Shown in pieces: positions 26,863 through 43,867 of a DNA stretch of 64,000 nt. The position numbers and the translations under genes are program-made. Where the stretch lies: NCBI GenBank assembly GCA_039096225.1, contig JBBPEB010000013.1, positions 1,302,001 to 1,366,000 of the forward strand, written 5' to 3'. The notes beneath the pieces were generated by a model. The model ran no database searches, had not been told where the DNA came from, and saw nothing but the letters and a program-made list of their open reading frames with translations. Each line of letters starts with the position of its first letter. Position 1 is the stretch's first letter. This stretch comes from Blastocystis sp. Blastoise. Taxonomy: Eukaryota > Protista > Bigyra: Opalinata.

Positions 26863-27778
26863 TACACATAATTTCTAATTTATGAATAGTATTAAACTTA
26901 TTGCCATTAAAAAGAGTTGATATCCATGTTAAATATTCTATACTTATACTACGATAATCGACTATTGATATAATACATAGAATAATAATATATATAACAA
27001 TAATAAATATACATATAACAAACAACTTATTCAAATATTGTAATATATCACTCTTTAAGAATCTTTCTAATGAATTTCTGACATCATCTTCATTATCTTT
27101 ATCATCTATAAATGAATAAATACTAGTATTATTATTATAGATCAACAATAAATATGTATAATCTTTATTTAAAAATACCTCTAAATTCTATATATAAACA
27201 ATCAATATTTTGCTTATTATTTTCAATAGACTCAAACAAATCTATATTAGCAGAACGAGAAGAATCAACTATATAGAATAGTTTATAAAATATATAAAAT
27301 TAACAATTAACAATTAAAATAATAAAGAATATTTCATACGTGAAAGATAATCAATTGAAATCAGATTTTTAGCTAATAACTCTTTTAGATGTGGGAAATT
27401 ATAAGCCAAATCATCTAGATAAAAAGTAAATTAATATAATGAACTATATAGAAAGTATTATGATCATAAATGAATATATATATATATAATACATATATTT
27501 ATATCGATTATATTAATATGAATTGAATGAGTATAAACTAGATTATCTAAAAAAAGAGCTATTTCCTCTTTTTGACCACTATAAGTTCTGCGTATTTGAA
27601 TAGTGTCTATTATAGACATTACATTAACAGGAAACAGAGACTTAAAATTGTCATTAGCTAAATTAGAAATAATACAGTTTATTTATTAATATATATATTT
27701 ACTTATTCTCATGTCGTAATTAATAATATTTAATTTTGGGAAGCATTCTTTCTTTATTAAAGATAATTGGAAAGGTTC

Positions 27779-27813
<35 letters not shown>

Positions 27814-29506
27814 TTATATTTATATATATATATACCATCATTATCATCATATATTAGTTCAGTAACATTAGGAAATACATGAGTTGTCATTAATTTACTA
27901 AGTAGATTCAAATCAATTTGATTTGTTATTTCCTTAACTATGCAGAATTATATATTAATAATAGTTCAAAAAGAAAATACTCGATTTAATACTTAATACA
28001 CTTAAAGAATCCAAAAGTTTTTCTTCAAATAATTTCAAAACAATCAAAGAATGATACTGACTATACCACTCTAAAATAAATTATTCTATTTATTATATAT
28101 ATTTACTTACGTCTAGCTAAAATAACTTTGGAAATAAATAAATAGGAAGGAAGAAACAACAATTGAGATATACCCAATTTAGAAGATACTATAAGAATAC
28201 TATTTATTAAATATTAATATAAATGTATAGTATAGAATAATAATAATAGTTACTAGAATGTTTTATCATTTGTTTTATCTATTTATAATAATAATAAATT
28301 ATATAATTATATAGTAATATATATATACCATCATATTTAATTCTGACTTTATCATCTAATGTATATTCATTTTCTGTTTTATTAATGTCTATTTGAGAGT
28401 AATCATTTGTATATATAGCTTCATTAACTACATATTTATATAATTTAGGTAATTCATTCTTATCTCTTCTTTCAGCAACAGTGTCAATCAAATCACGGGA
28501 ATAATATAATTTATTACGATCTAAAGAAGAAGAAATCTTATTATATTCATTCATCTCTGATTCGTTATAATACTCATATTCATCAGGACTCTTTATTTCA
28601 TAATCATTATTATTAAATAAGCGAATATACTCCATTATATAATCATCACTATTTGGATTTAATAATAGCTCAGTTTTCTTATAATTTGAAATGACTATAT
28701 AATATACTTATTAATAATATATATATGTATATACCATCTATTTCTAATTCTTCTAAAGAAGGAAATATATCTTTAATACATTTTGGACAGATATATTCTA
28801 ATGAAATATTTGACGAATAATTATCTATATATATATATTATTATTTATATTATATATTATATATATTTACAAGTAATTTTAACTCTAGTAATACTCATCA
28901 TTCTAATAAGAAGAGAATAATACAATAATTCATTTTTTTGTTTTGGAGTTATTAATCCTATATATATATAATATATTTAAATAAAAATATTAACATATTA
29001 TAATAATACCTTTTATATACATTTCTTTTCCATCTGAACTAAATAATTCCATAAGTAATGTTAATTCGTTGTCTTCACCATACCATCCACATATAGTATA
29101 ATTATTGTCTTTCAAATATTTTTTAAATAACTCTTTAACATGTAATAATAAATCACTTTGAATTTCATTATCAATCTTAACTGAGTATTCAGTTAGTGTT
29201 TTATAGATATCATAACTCTCTTTTACATTTAAAGAGGAAATATCCACGTTATCTTCCATTAAAAACTGAATAACTTTATTCATGGGATAAGAAGGTATAT
29301 CTATATAATAACTACCATCGTCATATTTCTCAGAGTGTTCGATGATATCATAAAAGGGTAATTGAGGATATTTCTCAATAAATTCTTTTGAAATCCATAA
29401 TTGCGTCTCATCTTGAAATGTAAGCAAATCTAGAAATATAGCAGAATATTAATCTTCATATTTAAATACATTTATCATCACCTTGCACAGTTTCAAATCC
29501 AGACAT
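25696..29506 (-). CDS. Multi-exon protein with a BTB-like N-terminus and FPxLxxL LRR-like repeats (lineage-expanded type)
   Basis: ATG at 29506 (MSGFETVQGDDK|YLLTFQDETQLWISKEFIEKYPQLPF..DGSYYIDIP). Many phase-compatible GT-AG introns. Recurrent FPSLEEL, FPNVTEL, FPKLNII, FPHLKEL, FPQLKTI and FPQLKEF motifs. Confidence 0.7.
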
Positions 29507-29655
29507 TACTTAAATTCAACTATAATGACAGAATAATCATATATCAATGTAATAATGATCTTGTAGATATATATAATCAATAAATATACTTTTAAGAATT
29601 ATAATATTAATAATTATATTGAATTCTTAAGATAAAAATAGTAAAACTTGCAATT

Positions 29656-29752
29656 CACTATTAGGCACTTTTGACCTTTTAGAATAAATGATTGGCAAAA
29701 TTCACATTTTTATCCAATCATTTTTCTTAAAGCGTCAAAATGCCTAATAGTG
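29656..29752. mobile_element. 97-bp CACTA-type foldback MITE
   Basis: Ends CACTATTAGGCA / TGCCTAATAGTG. The arms stay complementary for ~40 bp. Flanked by a 3-bp direct repeat ATT (29653-29655, 29753-29755), the CACTA target-site-duplication length. Confidence 0.75.
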
Positions 29753-30647
29753 ATTGTTTTTAAGGATATACAGAAGTTCCTACAAGTTTTGCAGCTTCGA
29801 AGTGCCAACATGTAGCTACTTTCAGCTACTTAAAGAAGCTACAAGTGTTCATATTTTTCACGGAAGAAAAATAAAATGTTAATTCATTATTCAAATAACG
29901 GTGTATGAAGAAACAATGAATGAGACTTCAAAGAAACATTAGTTATACATAATGAAAGTGTTTAGAACAATGATCATAATAGAAATGTATATTAATTGAA
30001 ATGTAGCATATTTTCAAGTAACAGAAATCAAAATACAGTTTTCCAAATATGCAAGATCAATCGAGATATTCTATATTCGAGATATTACTAAAAACAGTCA
30101 TGATTTTTATTTTAAAAATGTATATATAATTATGTTCCATTACCTATAACCATCTTATTTTGAGTTATATTTATTCTCTAGAAGGAAAATCATTCCATTT
30201 ATGTGTCATTTTATTTAATTATACTTGTACTTTTCTTTTTTTGAATGCTAAAAACTAGTTTTGACTAATGACAATAGAATATAATAGAAAATATAGAAAA
30301 AAGGAGATGTGATTAATAAAAAAAACCATGTAATGCTTTATTCTATCTCTAGCATGGGTAAACATAAATTTGATATAATAAAGAAGCTCTTCTTTCTCAT
30401 ACAATAATACTAAAACAACTGTTCATCAATTAATAGGTTTAATTATAAAAATGTTATAATAGAAGTTGAGGAATAATGGAATGAATATGAAAACATATTA
30501 AAATTATTTATATATATATGTTCTGGTTATTTATAACAAGAATGTAAATGTTGCAAATACTTTTTATACAAAAGACGTTTCATATATCTTGTATATCGCT
30601 AACAATAAGAAACCAAAAGAAAAATAAATAAAAATAAATATATATTA

Positions 30648-32499
30648 TCAGTGATGTTTATGTGAATGACTATAGCTGTGACTATGGTGCACATGTCGAT
30701 CACGTGATTCTGATTGACTATGTGAACTGTGTTTATGTGAATGATGACGATGATGTTTATTTCCTGATACCCTATAATATAATAATATATATAAAATAAA
30801 TGATGCTAATATTATATTATTATTATATATATATTTAGAACCATTATAAATATATTATATATATACATAGATATATCCTTTGAAATTGTTTCCATGGTAT
30901 TTCCTTCTTCTCTTTGCAATTTCTCCAGCAAAAGTCGTTTTTCAGCATCAGTCAGACTATTGATTAATTTCATTTCTTCTTCTTCTTCTTCTAACTCTTT
31001 CTCATCATCACTACTTTCAACAAGTGTCAATAATCGCGGGTTTTTCACATTTCCATAAGCAGTATCTTTCTATATAAATAAAAATAGAAATAAGTATATA
31101 CAAATGTATAATAATAATTATAATTTTAATTATATATATATATGATCAAATATATTATATATATAAATATAATATTTATTATATATATAGTATACTATAT
31201 TATATATATATACTTTCATATACATATTTCCAGCTATTTGTAATATCTTTTCTCTACGATCTTTATGAAGGGGGTCTTCCCTCTCTTTCTCTTCAGCATC
31301 TATATATATATATATATAGTAAGTATATATAAAGTGAGTTCTTATATAATAATAATGAATATAATAGGTATATACATAAATAGGCAAATAATAGATAGAT
31401 ATATAATAATTTTAATTTTTTTTAGTTTCATTTAATAATATATATAATTATTGCTATTTTTTTAGTGTCATTTAATATGTGTATATAAATATATAATTAT
31501 AATTACATTTTAGTTTTATTTAATATATATATACCATTAAGTTGAACCCCATAAAGAGGACACTTCTTATCGCTACTAATGTGCCCCATTTGACCACATT
31601 TCAAGCATTTTACCGGTTTATAAACACTTCCAAAGGGCTTCACATTCGCAGTATCACTGATCTGAAAGTTACCAGCTACAGGGGCTATTTTATGCTATAT
31701 ATATATATATATCAAATAAACATGAAAAAACCTAAAAGATAGATTCAATAGATATAATAATATATAATATATATAATAAGAAATATAAACTAATGATGAC
31801 TTTACGTATATAACTACAATATCATTTAAAATAATATAAAGGGAGAAATAAATAATATAATAGAGAAATAAATATTATACTAATAATTATTATTATATAA
31901 ATATTATAATAATAAATATTATTATATAAATATTATAATAATATTTATAAATATAATAAAATACAATATTTGTTTGATCATGTTGAGTAATAATAGCATT
32001 TTGTTCCTGAATATTAAGAGTTGTTTCAGAATGACTTGATTGGTCAGTTTCAGGCAAATTAATCTCATTATGTATAGAGTTATCTTGAGATGAAGGATTT
32101 GCAGTGGTTTTCTTTAAGTATTTAGACATAAATTGTTGTGATTCTTCATCAATCTTTGGTGCTTTTGAGACTGGTTGTTGATTTTTACTATCACTTGGAT
32201 TCACATATAAAAAATCCAGTTTTGACTTGGTTTCATCAATTTCATGAGTATTATTGGAATTTTGAATCATCTTTTCAAATTGATATTTCTCTTCACGCTT
32301 GATTAATTCATCTCTTGCCATTTTTTCTCGTTTTGTTTTGGCTTGTTCCTATCATTTTATATATAGAATAAGTTCTTATTTTTTTTTAAATTCAAATAAA
32401 GTAAACAATACATACTTCTTGTTCAGCTACAAATAATTTCATTCGATTTACTTTATTTGTAGGGTGCCACTTCTTTAACATAAGGTAATGATGATTCAT
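30648..32499 (-). CDS. CIR1: CIR1-like (Cir_N domain plus Zn-knuckle) splicing/corepressor protein
   Basis: N-terminus LMLKKWHPTNKVNRMKLFVAEQE, LDFLY motif, KPFG..VKCLKCGQMGHISSDKKCPLY, EDP motif and His/Ser-rich tail. Five GT-AG introns; TGA stop. Confidence 0.8.
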
Positions 32500-33357
32500 G
32501 ATTCACTCTAGAACGTAAATAATGAAAGAGTTCTAGTATATTCAATAATAAAAAATATATAGTGTTTTTCTTAACTTTGAAATATCTATAAATTGACAAA
32601 AATGTTTAATATATGCAGGAAGAATAATTAGAACTGTGAGAAAGTTAGTCTATACAAAAGAATATATAATTCTTGAAGAAATAATTTATAATTATCTTCA
32701 AGTACTTGAGTGATGTTACTACGTATAGCACTACGAGACGATACCAAATGAGTTACCATAAGCACGAATACTCTATTATGATACATGATGACATTTTGTA
32801 AATTATGTAGTGTTTAAAACGTTTTGCTGTATTATACATGGTTATAATGATCTAGTTATGTCGATGTGAATATTATAAAGAGAAAAAATAATAAATATAA
32901 AAGTAAACGGTTCTTTTGAAAAAGTTATTTATGAAACAGTGAAAAGTTAAACAATTCAGTATATTAATACAAAACAAAATACAAAAGAAATAAAAAAAAG
33001 CAAGAATAAGATGTAGTAAATAATGTATTAAAATAATATTTAATAAAGAAAAATTTATATATAAGAAAAGTAGAAAAAAAGTGAAGTGACAATAACAAAT
33101 AAACAAAAAACAACAATTCTAAAAGAAAAAGCAAAGAAGATAGACTAGATTTTCCAAATATGGTTATCTAAATAAATAGTTATATATATATATATATATA
33201 TATAGGTAAAGAAAGACTTGAAAAGAGGAAATTAATATAAAAGCGTCGATATATTATTATTTTTATTGTTTTCGATGAATATATATATAATAAAAATAGA
33301 ATATAATTAGTATAAACATTAATATTAGATATATAATAAAAATAGAATATAAAGATT

Positions 33358-36021
<2,664 letters not shown>

Positions 36022-36596
36022 GTTGATTAAATTTTAGTATAAGTGAATCTTCAAAATGATTTATTCTATAAGATTAGTGCTTTGTAGCAAAAAAACGGAA
36101 AAACATTTATTAAAAGAACTTGTTTTGTTCTTAAGAAAATTTCAGCCATTCTCAATTCCCATGAAGAGTATTATTTATTTAGTCAAAAAACATTTTTTCC
36201 CATAAAAATGATCTCATGACAAATAAATTGGCTCTTTTGTTAACGAATTCGAATAGAACAACAGAAGTTTTGTGTATTGTTATGTGTATCTCTATTAATA
36301 AATGGCAATAAACTCATATTTTCAAATAATATATATATATATAGTTTTTCATTATGATTTTAATTATTTATACGTTATCTTATTTATAAAATAACCTAAT
36401 AATGTAGTGCAAACTGAACTCATACTTGTTTATCACATTTTCCTTTGTACTCACAAAAAAACACTGGTTTGGGAAAAAATGAAAAAGATCACTGAGTTCT
36501 TTTCAAGAGAGGGAGTATCTTCAAAATAAAGAAAACAAAGATTCTTCATAAAAACAGACTTTATATATCTAACTATATGACATGAAACTAAGTAAT

Positions 36597-37157
36597 TTAA
36601 ACATTTAAGCATGCATTTTCCCTTTGAATCTAGATATTATATTGAAAAAATAGAAAATAATGAATCAATAGTTCATGAAAAACAGCAATGAATGAACATA
36701 CTTGTTTTTTCTCTTCATCATTAAGATCATTTTCAACTTCAAAGAAACTTCTTATCTCTTCTACAGACTTACCATTGATTAAGAATGCACAATATGATGA
36801 AACTAGAGAGATAAGAGATGGTATTTGAAGTTCTTGAGCAGTACGAATAAGACTAAAAGCAGCTTCTCTTGATATTCCATAAACAAGTTGTGCGTCCCAT
36901 GGATCTGATATATTGTTTGCAAACTTCTGAAAGTCCTTTAATGGTTTAGGTATCTCAGCCATATCTTTTTCTTCATGATGTTCAAGGAATTGAGCAACTA
37001 TTTGAAGAGATTTTAAATCTGTATTGACGTTAATAACATCAAGTTGAGGATTTGACATAAACATCGTTTGAATATATTTTGATTTAAGAGCAGCTTTCTG
37101 GCTGATAATGACTTGCTCATTCAAGCCTGTCTTTAGAATAAATGTAGTTCTTTCCAT
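36597..37157 (-). CDS. Divergent SKP1-like paralog
   Basis: EIPKPL, ISDPWDAQLV, LQIPSLISL, INGKSVEEIRSFFEVENDL. Intron 36630-36701, then IQRENACLNV*. Confidence 0.9.
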
Positions 37158-37476
37158 AGATATAATAAAGTATTAAAAATAATAAATTCCCTTTTTTTAA
37201 ATAAACATGAAAAAATTTTCTATTCTAAGAAGAGAGGATACTTTTTATTTTTGGTTTTGGATCGGATGGTTTTTTAAAGCGATTAACAATAAGCTTTTTA
37301 ATATACTGTGTATTTGTTACTTTAAAGTAATGAAAACCAAGCAAGATAAATAAAATTTTATAAAATGATTATACAAACAAGAAAACAAAAATAAAACAGA
37401 AAAAGCAAACAGAATATGGTATAACCAACGCAAAAAAAAAAAGAAATACATAATAAAAAGAACAGTATGAATAGTT

Positions 37477-37670
37477 TTAAAGAAGGTTTTCTTTAACTAG
37501 ACTAATAGCATTATATATATCATTCTTATTTTCACAGGACATGAATCTTACAGAAAGAGTTCTATATAATGAAATATATAGAATATATATATATATATAT
37601 TAATCATGATAAATAAAATATGTTTAAAAAAAAATATTTTAAAAAATGTTTTTAATTCTTTTAGAAATAG

Positions 37671-37712
<42 letters not shown>

Positions 37713-38243
37713 TTCTTTGGTGTTTTGAAACTTAATTCCAGAGTACCTCTATTAACAATACTTTCAATATTTTCAATTAAAATAGAAGATTGTTTCTTTT
37801 TAAACATACCAGGTTTTCTATTCCAAAGTAACTAAATATTATATATATAGATTATATAATAGAGAAAAATATATTATAAATGATAAAATAATATATAATA
37901 TTCCTTATAATGACAATAATCAAAATATATAAACCAAATGATACATATATATATATATATATATATAGAAAAAATGAAATTATTAAAAATGTAATACATA
38001 TAGAATATAAACATATATATATATATATACAGCTTTCTTTCCTTGTACTTCTCCAAAGAAAAGACGAGAAGCATGTGTAGTACCGTTAGTACAGTGTTTA
38101 TCACATTCAACACCAGACTTCAAAAGATCTAACATTTCACGACCTACATATATATATATATAGAAGAATTTAAATAAATCTGAATAACAAAATAAAAGTA
38201 AAAATTCTTTGGAAAATAGACTTGCTTATATATACAATAAAAG

Positions 38244-38287
<44 letters not shown>

Positions 38288-41200
38288 AGTATCAATATCT
38301 TTTTGTGTCCATTTTGGTTTAGCAATTACAACTATGGAGATATATAATAATTATTAGAGAAGAATGAAGAAAACAATTGAAATAAATTATTTAAAAGTGA
38401 ATATATAAAATGACTAGAGAGTATAATAAAAACCAAATATATATGAATATAATGGAGAATAAGTATCATTAAGATAATGTATATGATATATACCAGGTTC
38501 AGTTGGGGCAATAGACTCGACCTTAGCAACAGATTCAAGAGGAGTAGTAGGAGTTGAAGGAACAGTAGTAGTAGCTATAGTAGCTGTAGTAGTAGCTATA
38601 GTAGCAACAGCAGCAACAGTAGCAACAGCAGCAACAGTAGCAATAGGAGCTATAGCAGAAACAGTAGAATTATCTTCATTAACAATAGGTTCAGAAGAAG
38701 ATTGAACTTCATGAACAGCTTCAACAGGAGCAACAGGTTCAGAAGTAGTAGTAGTTTCAACAGTAGTAGCTTCAACAGAAGCAACAGGTTCAGAAGCAAC
38801 ACATTGTTCTTCTTCAGTAGTTAATTTGATTTCGTTATCTTCATTCTCAACTGCTAACATAGCTTCGTCAGCAAGTTTAGCTTCTTCAGCTAATCTAGCT
38901 TCTTCAGCAATTCTAGCTTCTTCAGCAATTCTAGCTTCTTCAGCAATTCTAGCTTCTTCAGCAATTCTAGCTTCTTCAGCAATTCTAGCTTCTTCAGCAA
39001 TTCTAGCTTCTTCAGCAGCTTTCTCAGTAGCAAGTCTTTCTTCCTCTTCTTTCTTTAATCTTTCTTCTTCTGCAGCCTTTTCAGCAGCAAGTCTTTCTTC
39101 CTCTTCTTTCTTTAATCTTTCTTCTTCAGCAGCTTTCTCAGTAGCAAGTCTTTCTTCCTCTTCTTTCTTTAATCTTTCTTCTTCTGCAGCTTTTTCAGCA
39201 GCAATTCTTGCCTCTTCTTCTTTCTTTAATCTTTCTTCTTCAGCTAATCTTGCTTCTTCAGCAATTCTAGCTTCTTCAGCGGCTTTCTCAGCAGCAATTC
39301 TAGCTTCTTCTTCTTTACGTAATCTTTCTTCTTCAGCAAGTCTAGTTTCTTCAGCAAGTCTTTCTTCCTCTTCTTTCTTTATACGTTCTTCTTCAGCTAA
39401 TCTAGCTTCTTCAGCAAGTCTTTCTTCTTCAGCAGCCTTTTCAGCAGCAATTCTAGCTTCTTCAGCTAATCTTGCTTCTTCAGCAATTCTAGCTTCTTCT
39501 TCTTTCTTTATACGTTCTTCTTCAGCTAATCTAGTTTCTTCAGCAATTCTTTCTTCCTCTTCTTTCTTTATACGTTCTTCTTCTGCAAGTCTAGTTTCTT
39601 CAGCAGCTTTTTCAGCAGCAATTCTTTCTTCTTCTTCTTTACGTAATCTTTCTTCTTCAGCAGCCTTTTCAGCAGCAATTCTAGCTTCTTCAGCTAATCT
39701 TGCTTCTTCAGCAATTCTTTCTTCTTCTTCTTTTCTTAAACGTTCTTCTTCAGCTAATCTAGCTTCTTCAGCAAGTCTTTCTTCTTCTTCTTTTCTTAAT
39801 CTTTCTTCTTCTGCTAATCTAGCTTCTTCTGCTAATCTAGCTTCTTCTTCTTTACGTAATCTTTCTTCTTCTGCTAATCTAGCTTCTTCAGCTAATCTTG
39901 CTTCTTCTTCTTTTCTTAATCTTTCTTCTTCAGCTAATCTAGCTTCTTCAGCTAATCTGGCTTCTTCAGCGATTCTAGCTTCTTCTTCTTTTCTTAATCT
40001 TTCTTCTTCAGCTAATCTTGCTTCTTCTGCTAATCTGGCTTCTTCTGCTAATCTAGCTTCTTCTTCTTTCTTTAATCTTTCCTCTTCTTCTTTTCTTAAT
40101 CTTTCTTCTTCAGCTAATCTTGCTTCTTCTTCTTTCTTTAATCTTTCCTCTTCTTCTTTTCTTAATCTTTCTTCTTCAGCTAATCTTGCTTCTTCTTCTT
40201 TCTTTAATCTTTCTTCTTCTGCAGCCTTTTCAGCAGCAATTCTTTCCTCTTCTTCTTTTCTTAAACGTTCTTCTTCAGCAGCCTTTTCAGCAGCCTTTTC
40301 AGCAGCAATTCTTTCCTCTTCTTCTTTCTTTAATCTTTCTTCTTCAGCAGCCTTCTCAGCAGCGATTCTTTCCTCTTCCTCTTTTCTTAATCTTTCTTCT
40401 TCTGCAATTCTAGCTTCTTCAGCAATTCTTAATCTTTCAACTTCAGCAAGACGTTCTTCTTCTTCTTTTCTAGCTTGAGCAGCGATTCTAGCTTCTTCTT
40501 CTTTTCTGGCTTCTTCTGCAGCTTTTTCAGCAGCAATTCTTTCCTCTTCTTCCTTCTTCAATCTTTCTTCTTCTTCAACTCTTAATCTTTCAACTTCAGC
40601 AATTCTAGCTTCTTCTTCTTTTCTAGCTTCTTCAGCAATTCTTTCTTCTTCAGCTATTCTAGCTTCTTCAGCAAGACGTTTTTCTTCTTCTTTACGTGCT
40701 TCTTCAGCTAATCTAGCTTCTTCTTCCTGTCGAAGTTTTTCTTCTTCAGCTGCTATTCTAGCTTCTTCTGCAAGTCTAGCTTCTTCAGCAATTCTAGCTT
40801 CTTCTGCTAATCTGGCTTCTTCTGCAATTCTTTCTTCTTCCTCTTTACGTAATCTTTCTTCTTCTTCTTTCTTTAATCTTTCTTCCTCTTCTTTTCTTAA
40901 TCTTTCAACTTCAGCAATTCTAGCTTCTTCTTCTCTTCTAGCTTCTTCAGCAATTCTTTCTTCTTCTTCTTTACGTAATCTTTCTTCTTCTGCAGCTTTT
41001 TCAGCAGCAATTCTTTCTTCTTCTTCTTTTCTTAAACGTTCTTCTTCTGCAGCTTTCTCAGCAGCGATTCTAGCTTCTTCTTCTTTCTTTAATCTTTCTT
41101 CTTCTGCAGCCTTTTCAGCAGCAATTCTAGCTTCTTCTTCTTTACGTAATCTTTCTTCTTCAGCTAATCTAGCTTCTTCAGCTAATCTTGCTTCTTCAGC

Positions 41201-43867
41201 TAATCTAGTCTCTTCAGCAGCTTTTTCAGCAGCAATTCTTTCTTCCTCTTCTTTTCTTAAACGTTCTTCTTCAGCAGCTTTTTCAGCAGCAATTCTTTCC
41301 TCTTCTTCTTTTCTTAAACGTTCTTCTTCAGCAATTCTAGCTTCTTCTTCTTTTCTTAATCTTTCTTCTTCAGCTAATCTAGCTTCTTCTGCAATTCTAG
41401 CTTCTTCAGCAGCTTTCTCAGTAGCAAGTCTTTCTTCCTCTTCTTTCTTTAATCTTTCTTCTTCAGCAATTCTAGCTTCTTCTTCTTTACGTAATCTTTC
41501 TTCTTCAGCTAATCTTGCCTCTTCTGCTAATCTAGCTTCTTCTTCTTTCTTTAATCTTTCCTCTTCTGCAGCCTTCTCAGCAGCTAATCTAGCTTCTTCA
41601 GCAATTCTAGCTTCTTCTTCTTTCTTTAATCTTTCTTCTTCAGCTAATCTAGCTTCTTCTGCTAATCTGGCTTCTTCAGCAGCTTTTTCAGCAGCAAGTC
41701 TTTCTTCTTCTTCTTTACGTAATCTTTCTTCTTCTTCTTTCTTTAATCTTTCTTCTTCTGCAGCCTTTTCAGCAGCAATTCTAGCTTCTTCAGCAATTCT
41801 AGCCTCTTCAGCAATTCTAGCTTCTTCTTCTTTACGTAATCTTTCTTCTTCAGCTAATCTTTCTTCTTCAGCTAATCTTGCTTCTTCAGCTAATCTAGCT
41901 TCTTCAGCAGCCTTTTCAGCAGCAATTCTTTCTTCCTCTTCTTTTCTTAAACGTTCTTCTTCAGCGATTCTAGCTTCTTCAGCAATTCTTTCTTCTTCTT
42001 CTTTCTTTAATCTTTCTTCTTCAGCAGCTTTCTCAGCAGCAATTCTTTCTTCCTCTTCTTTCTTTATACGTTTTTCCTCTTCTCTCTTTCTAATGAGTTC
42101 TTCAGCTCTTTTCTGTTGTTCTTCTTGTTGACGACGTTCCTCTTCTTCTTTTCTTAATCTTTCCTCTTCTTGAGCTTTCATTTCAGCTTCTATTTTTTCT
42201 CTTAATTCTTCTTCAATCTTTCTATTTCTTTCTTCTTCAGCAAGTCTAGCAGCTTCAGCTATTCTTTGTCGTTCTTCTCTTTCTTTTATGAGACGCTCTT
42301 CTTTAGCCTTCTTTTCCTCTTCTTTCTTCTTTTGAAGTTCTTCTTCATTTAATTTAGCTTCCTCTTCAGCTATTCTCTGTTTTTCAAGTTCTTCTTGAGC
42401 TTTCTTTTCTTCTTCTTCTTTACGTAAACGATCTTCTTCTTGTTTACGAATATTTTCAGCTTCAAGTTCTTGTTGACGAGTAACTTCTTCAATACGAGCT
42501 AATTCAGCAAGTCTAGCTTCTTCAGCAATTCTAGCTTCTTCATCATTTTCATTATCATTAGTTTCTTCTTGAGCAGCTTTTTCTTCTTCAGATCTATGCT
42601 TTCGTCTCTTCTTCTTTTTCTTTTCACCATCTTCTTCAGGTTGTTCATCTTCATTAGCATCAGTCTTTTCTTCTTCTTCTTCAGCAGCTTTTTCTTCTTC
42701 AGATCTATGCTTTCGTCTCTTTTTCTTTTTCTTTTCACCATCTTCTTCAGGTTGTTCATCTTCATTAGCATCAGTCTTTTCTTCTTCTTCTTCAGCAGCT
42801 TTTTCTTCTTCAGATCTATGCTTTCGTCTCTTTTTCTTCTTCTTCTCACCATCAGCAGATTCTTGAGCAAGTTTTTCTTCTTCTTCTTGACGTATTTTAG
42901 CTTCTTCTGCTTCTAATTGCTTCTGGTTAGCTTTTATTCTTTCTTCTTCTTCTTTTCTAGCTTCTTCAGCTAATCTTGCTTCTTCAACATTCATAGCAGC
43001 TTTCTCAGCAGCAACTCTTTCTTCTTCTTCTTTTCTTAAACGCTCTTCTTCAGCTATTCTTTCTTCTTCTGCTTTCTTTGAAGCTTCTTCAGCTAATCTA
43101 GCTTGTTCAGCAATTCTAGCTTCTTCCTCTTTTCTAGCTTGAGCTGCAATCTTCTCTTCTTCTTCTTTTCTTATTCTTTCTTCTTCAGCAGCTTTCTCAG
43201 CAGCTAATCTCTCTTCTTCTTCAGCAGCAGCTTTCTCAGCAGCTAATCTCTCTTCTTCTTCAGCAGCTTTTTCTTCTTCTGTTCTATGCTTTCGTCTCTT
43301 CTTCTTCTTCTTCTCACCATCTTCTTCAGGTTGTTCGTCTTCATTAGCTGTCTTTTCTTCTTCTTCGGCAGCCTTCTCTTCTTCTGTTCTATGCTTTCGT
43401 CTCTTCTTCTTCTTCTTTTCACCATCTTCTTCAGGTTGCTCATCTTCATCAGCTACAGGTGTTTCAACTTCATTATTATCATCATCATTCTCCTCAGATC
43501 TATGCTTTCGTCTCTTCTTCTTCTTCTTTTCACCATCATCTTCAGGTTGCTCATCTTCATTATCAGAAGTTACACTCTTATGCTTTCGTCTCTTCTTCTT
43601 TTTCTTTTCACCTTCATCATCGCTGTCATCGCTATCTTTAGCCTTTGATTCATCATCATCGTCACTATCAACAACACTTCGATGATGCTTTCGTTTCTTT
43701 TTCTTTTCAACTTCTTTTTCAGTATCATCCTTTGTACCTTCATCATCAGAATCATCTTCTCGCTTTGATCTTCGAGATTTTTTTGGTGATTCTACAGAAA
43801 CAACTTCTTCTTCAGATTCTGTTTCGTCATCAGTGTCATCGTCCTTTCGAGACTTCTTTTTACCCAT
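37477..43867 (-). CDS. Very large E/R/K/A repeat (single-alpha-helix/coiled-coil) protein with a C-terminal PH-like domain
   Basis: A 5.37-kb first exon (43867-38494) of [20 protein letters not shown] modules. Spliced tail [69 protein letters not shown] resembles a PH fold. Confidence 0.8.

Noticed and set aside
38826-40478. 550-aa antisense ORF
   Set aside because: It is the shadow of the repetitive minus-strand gene, whose codons give few antisense stops.
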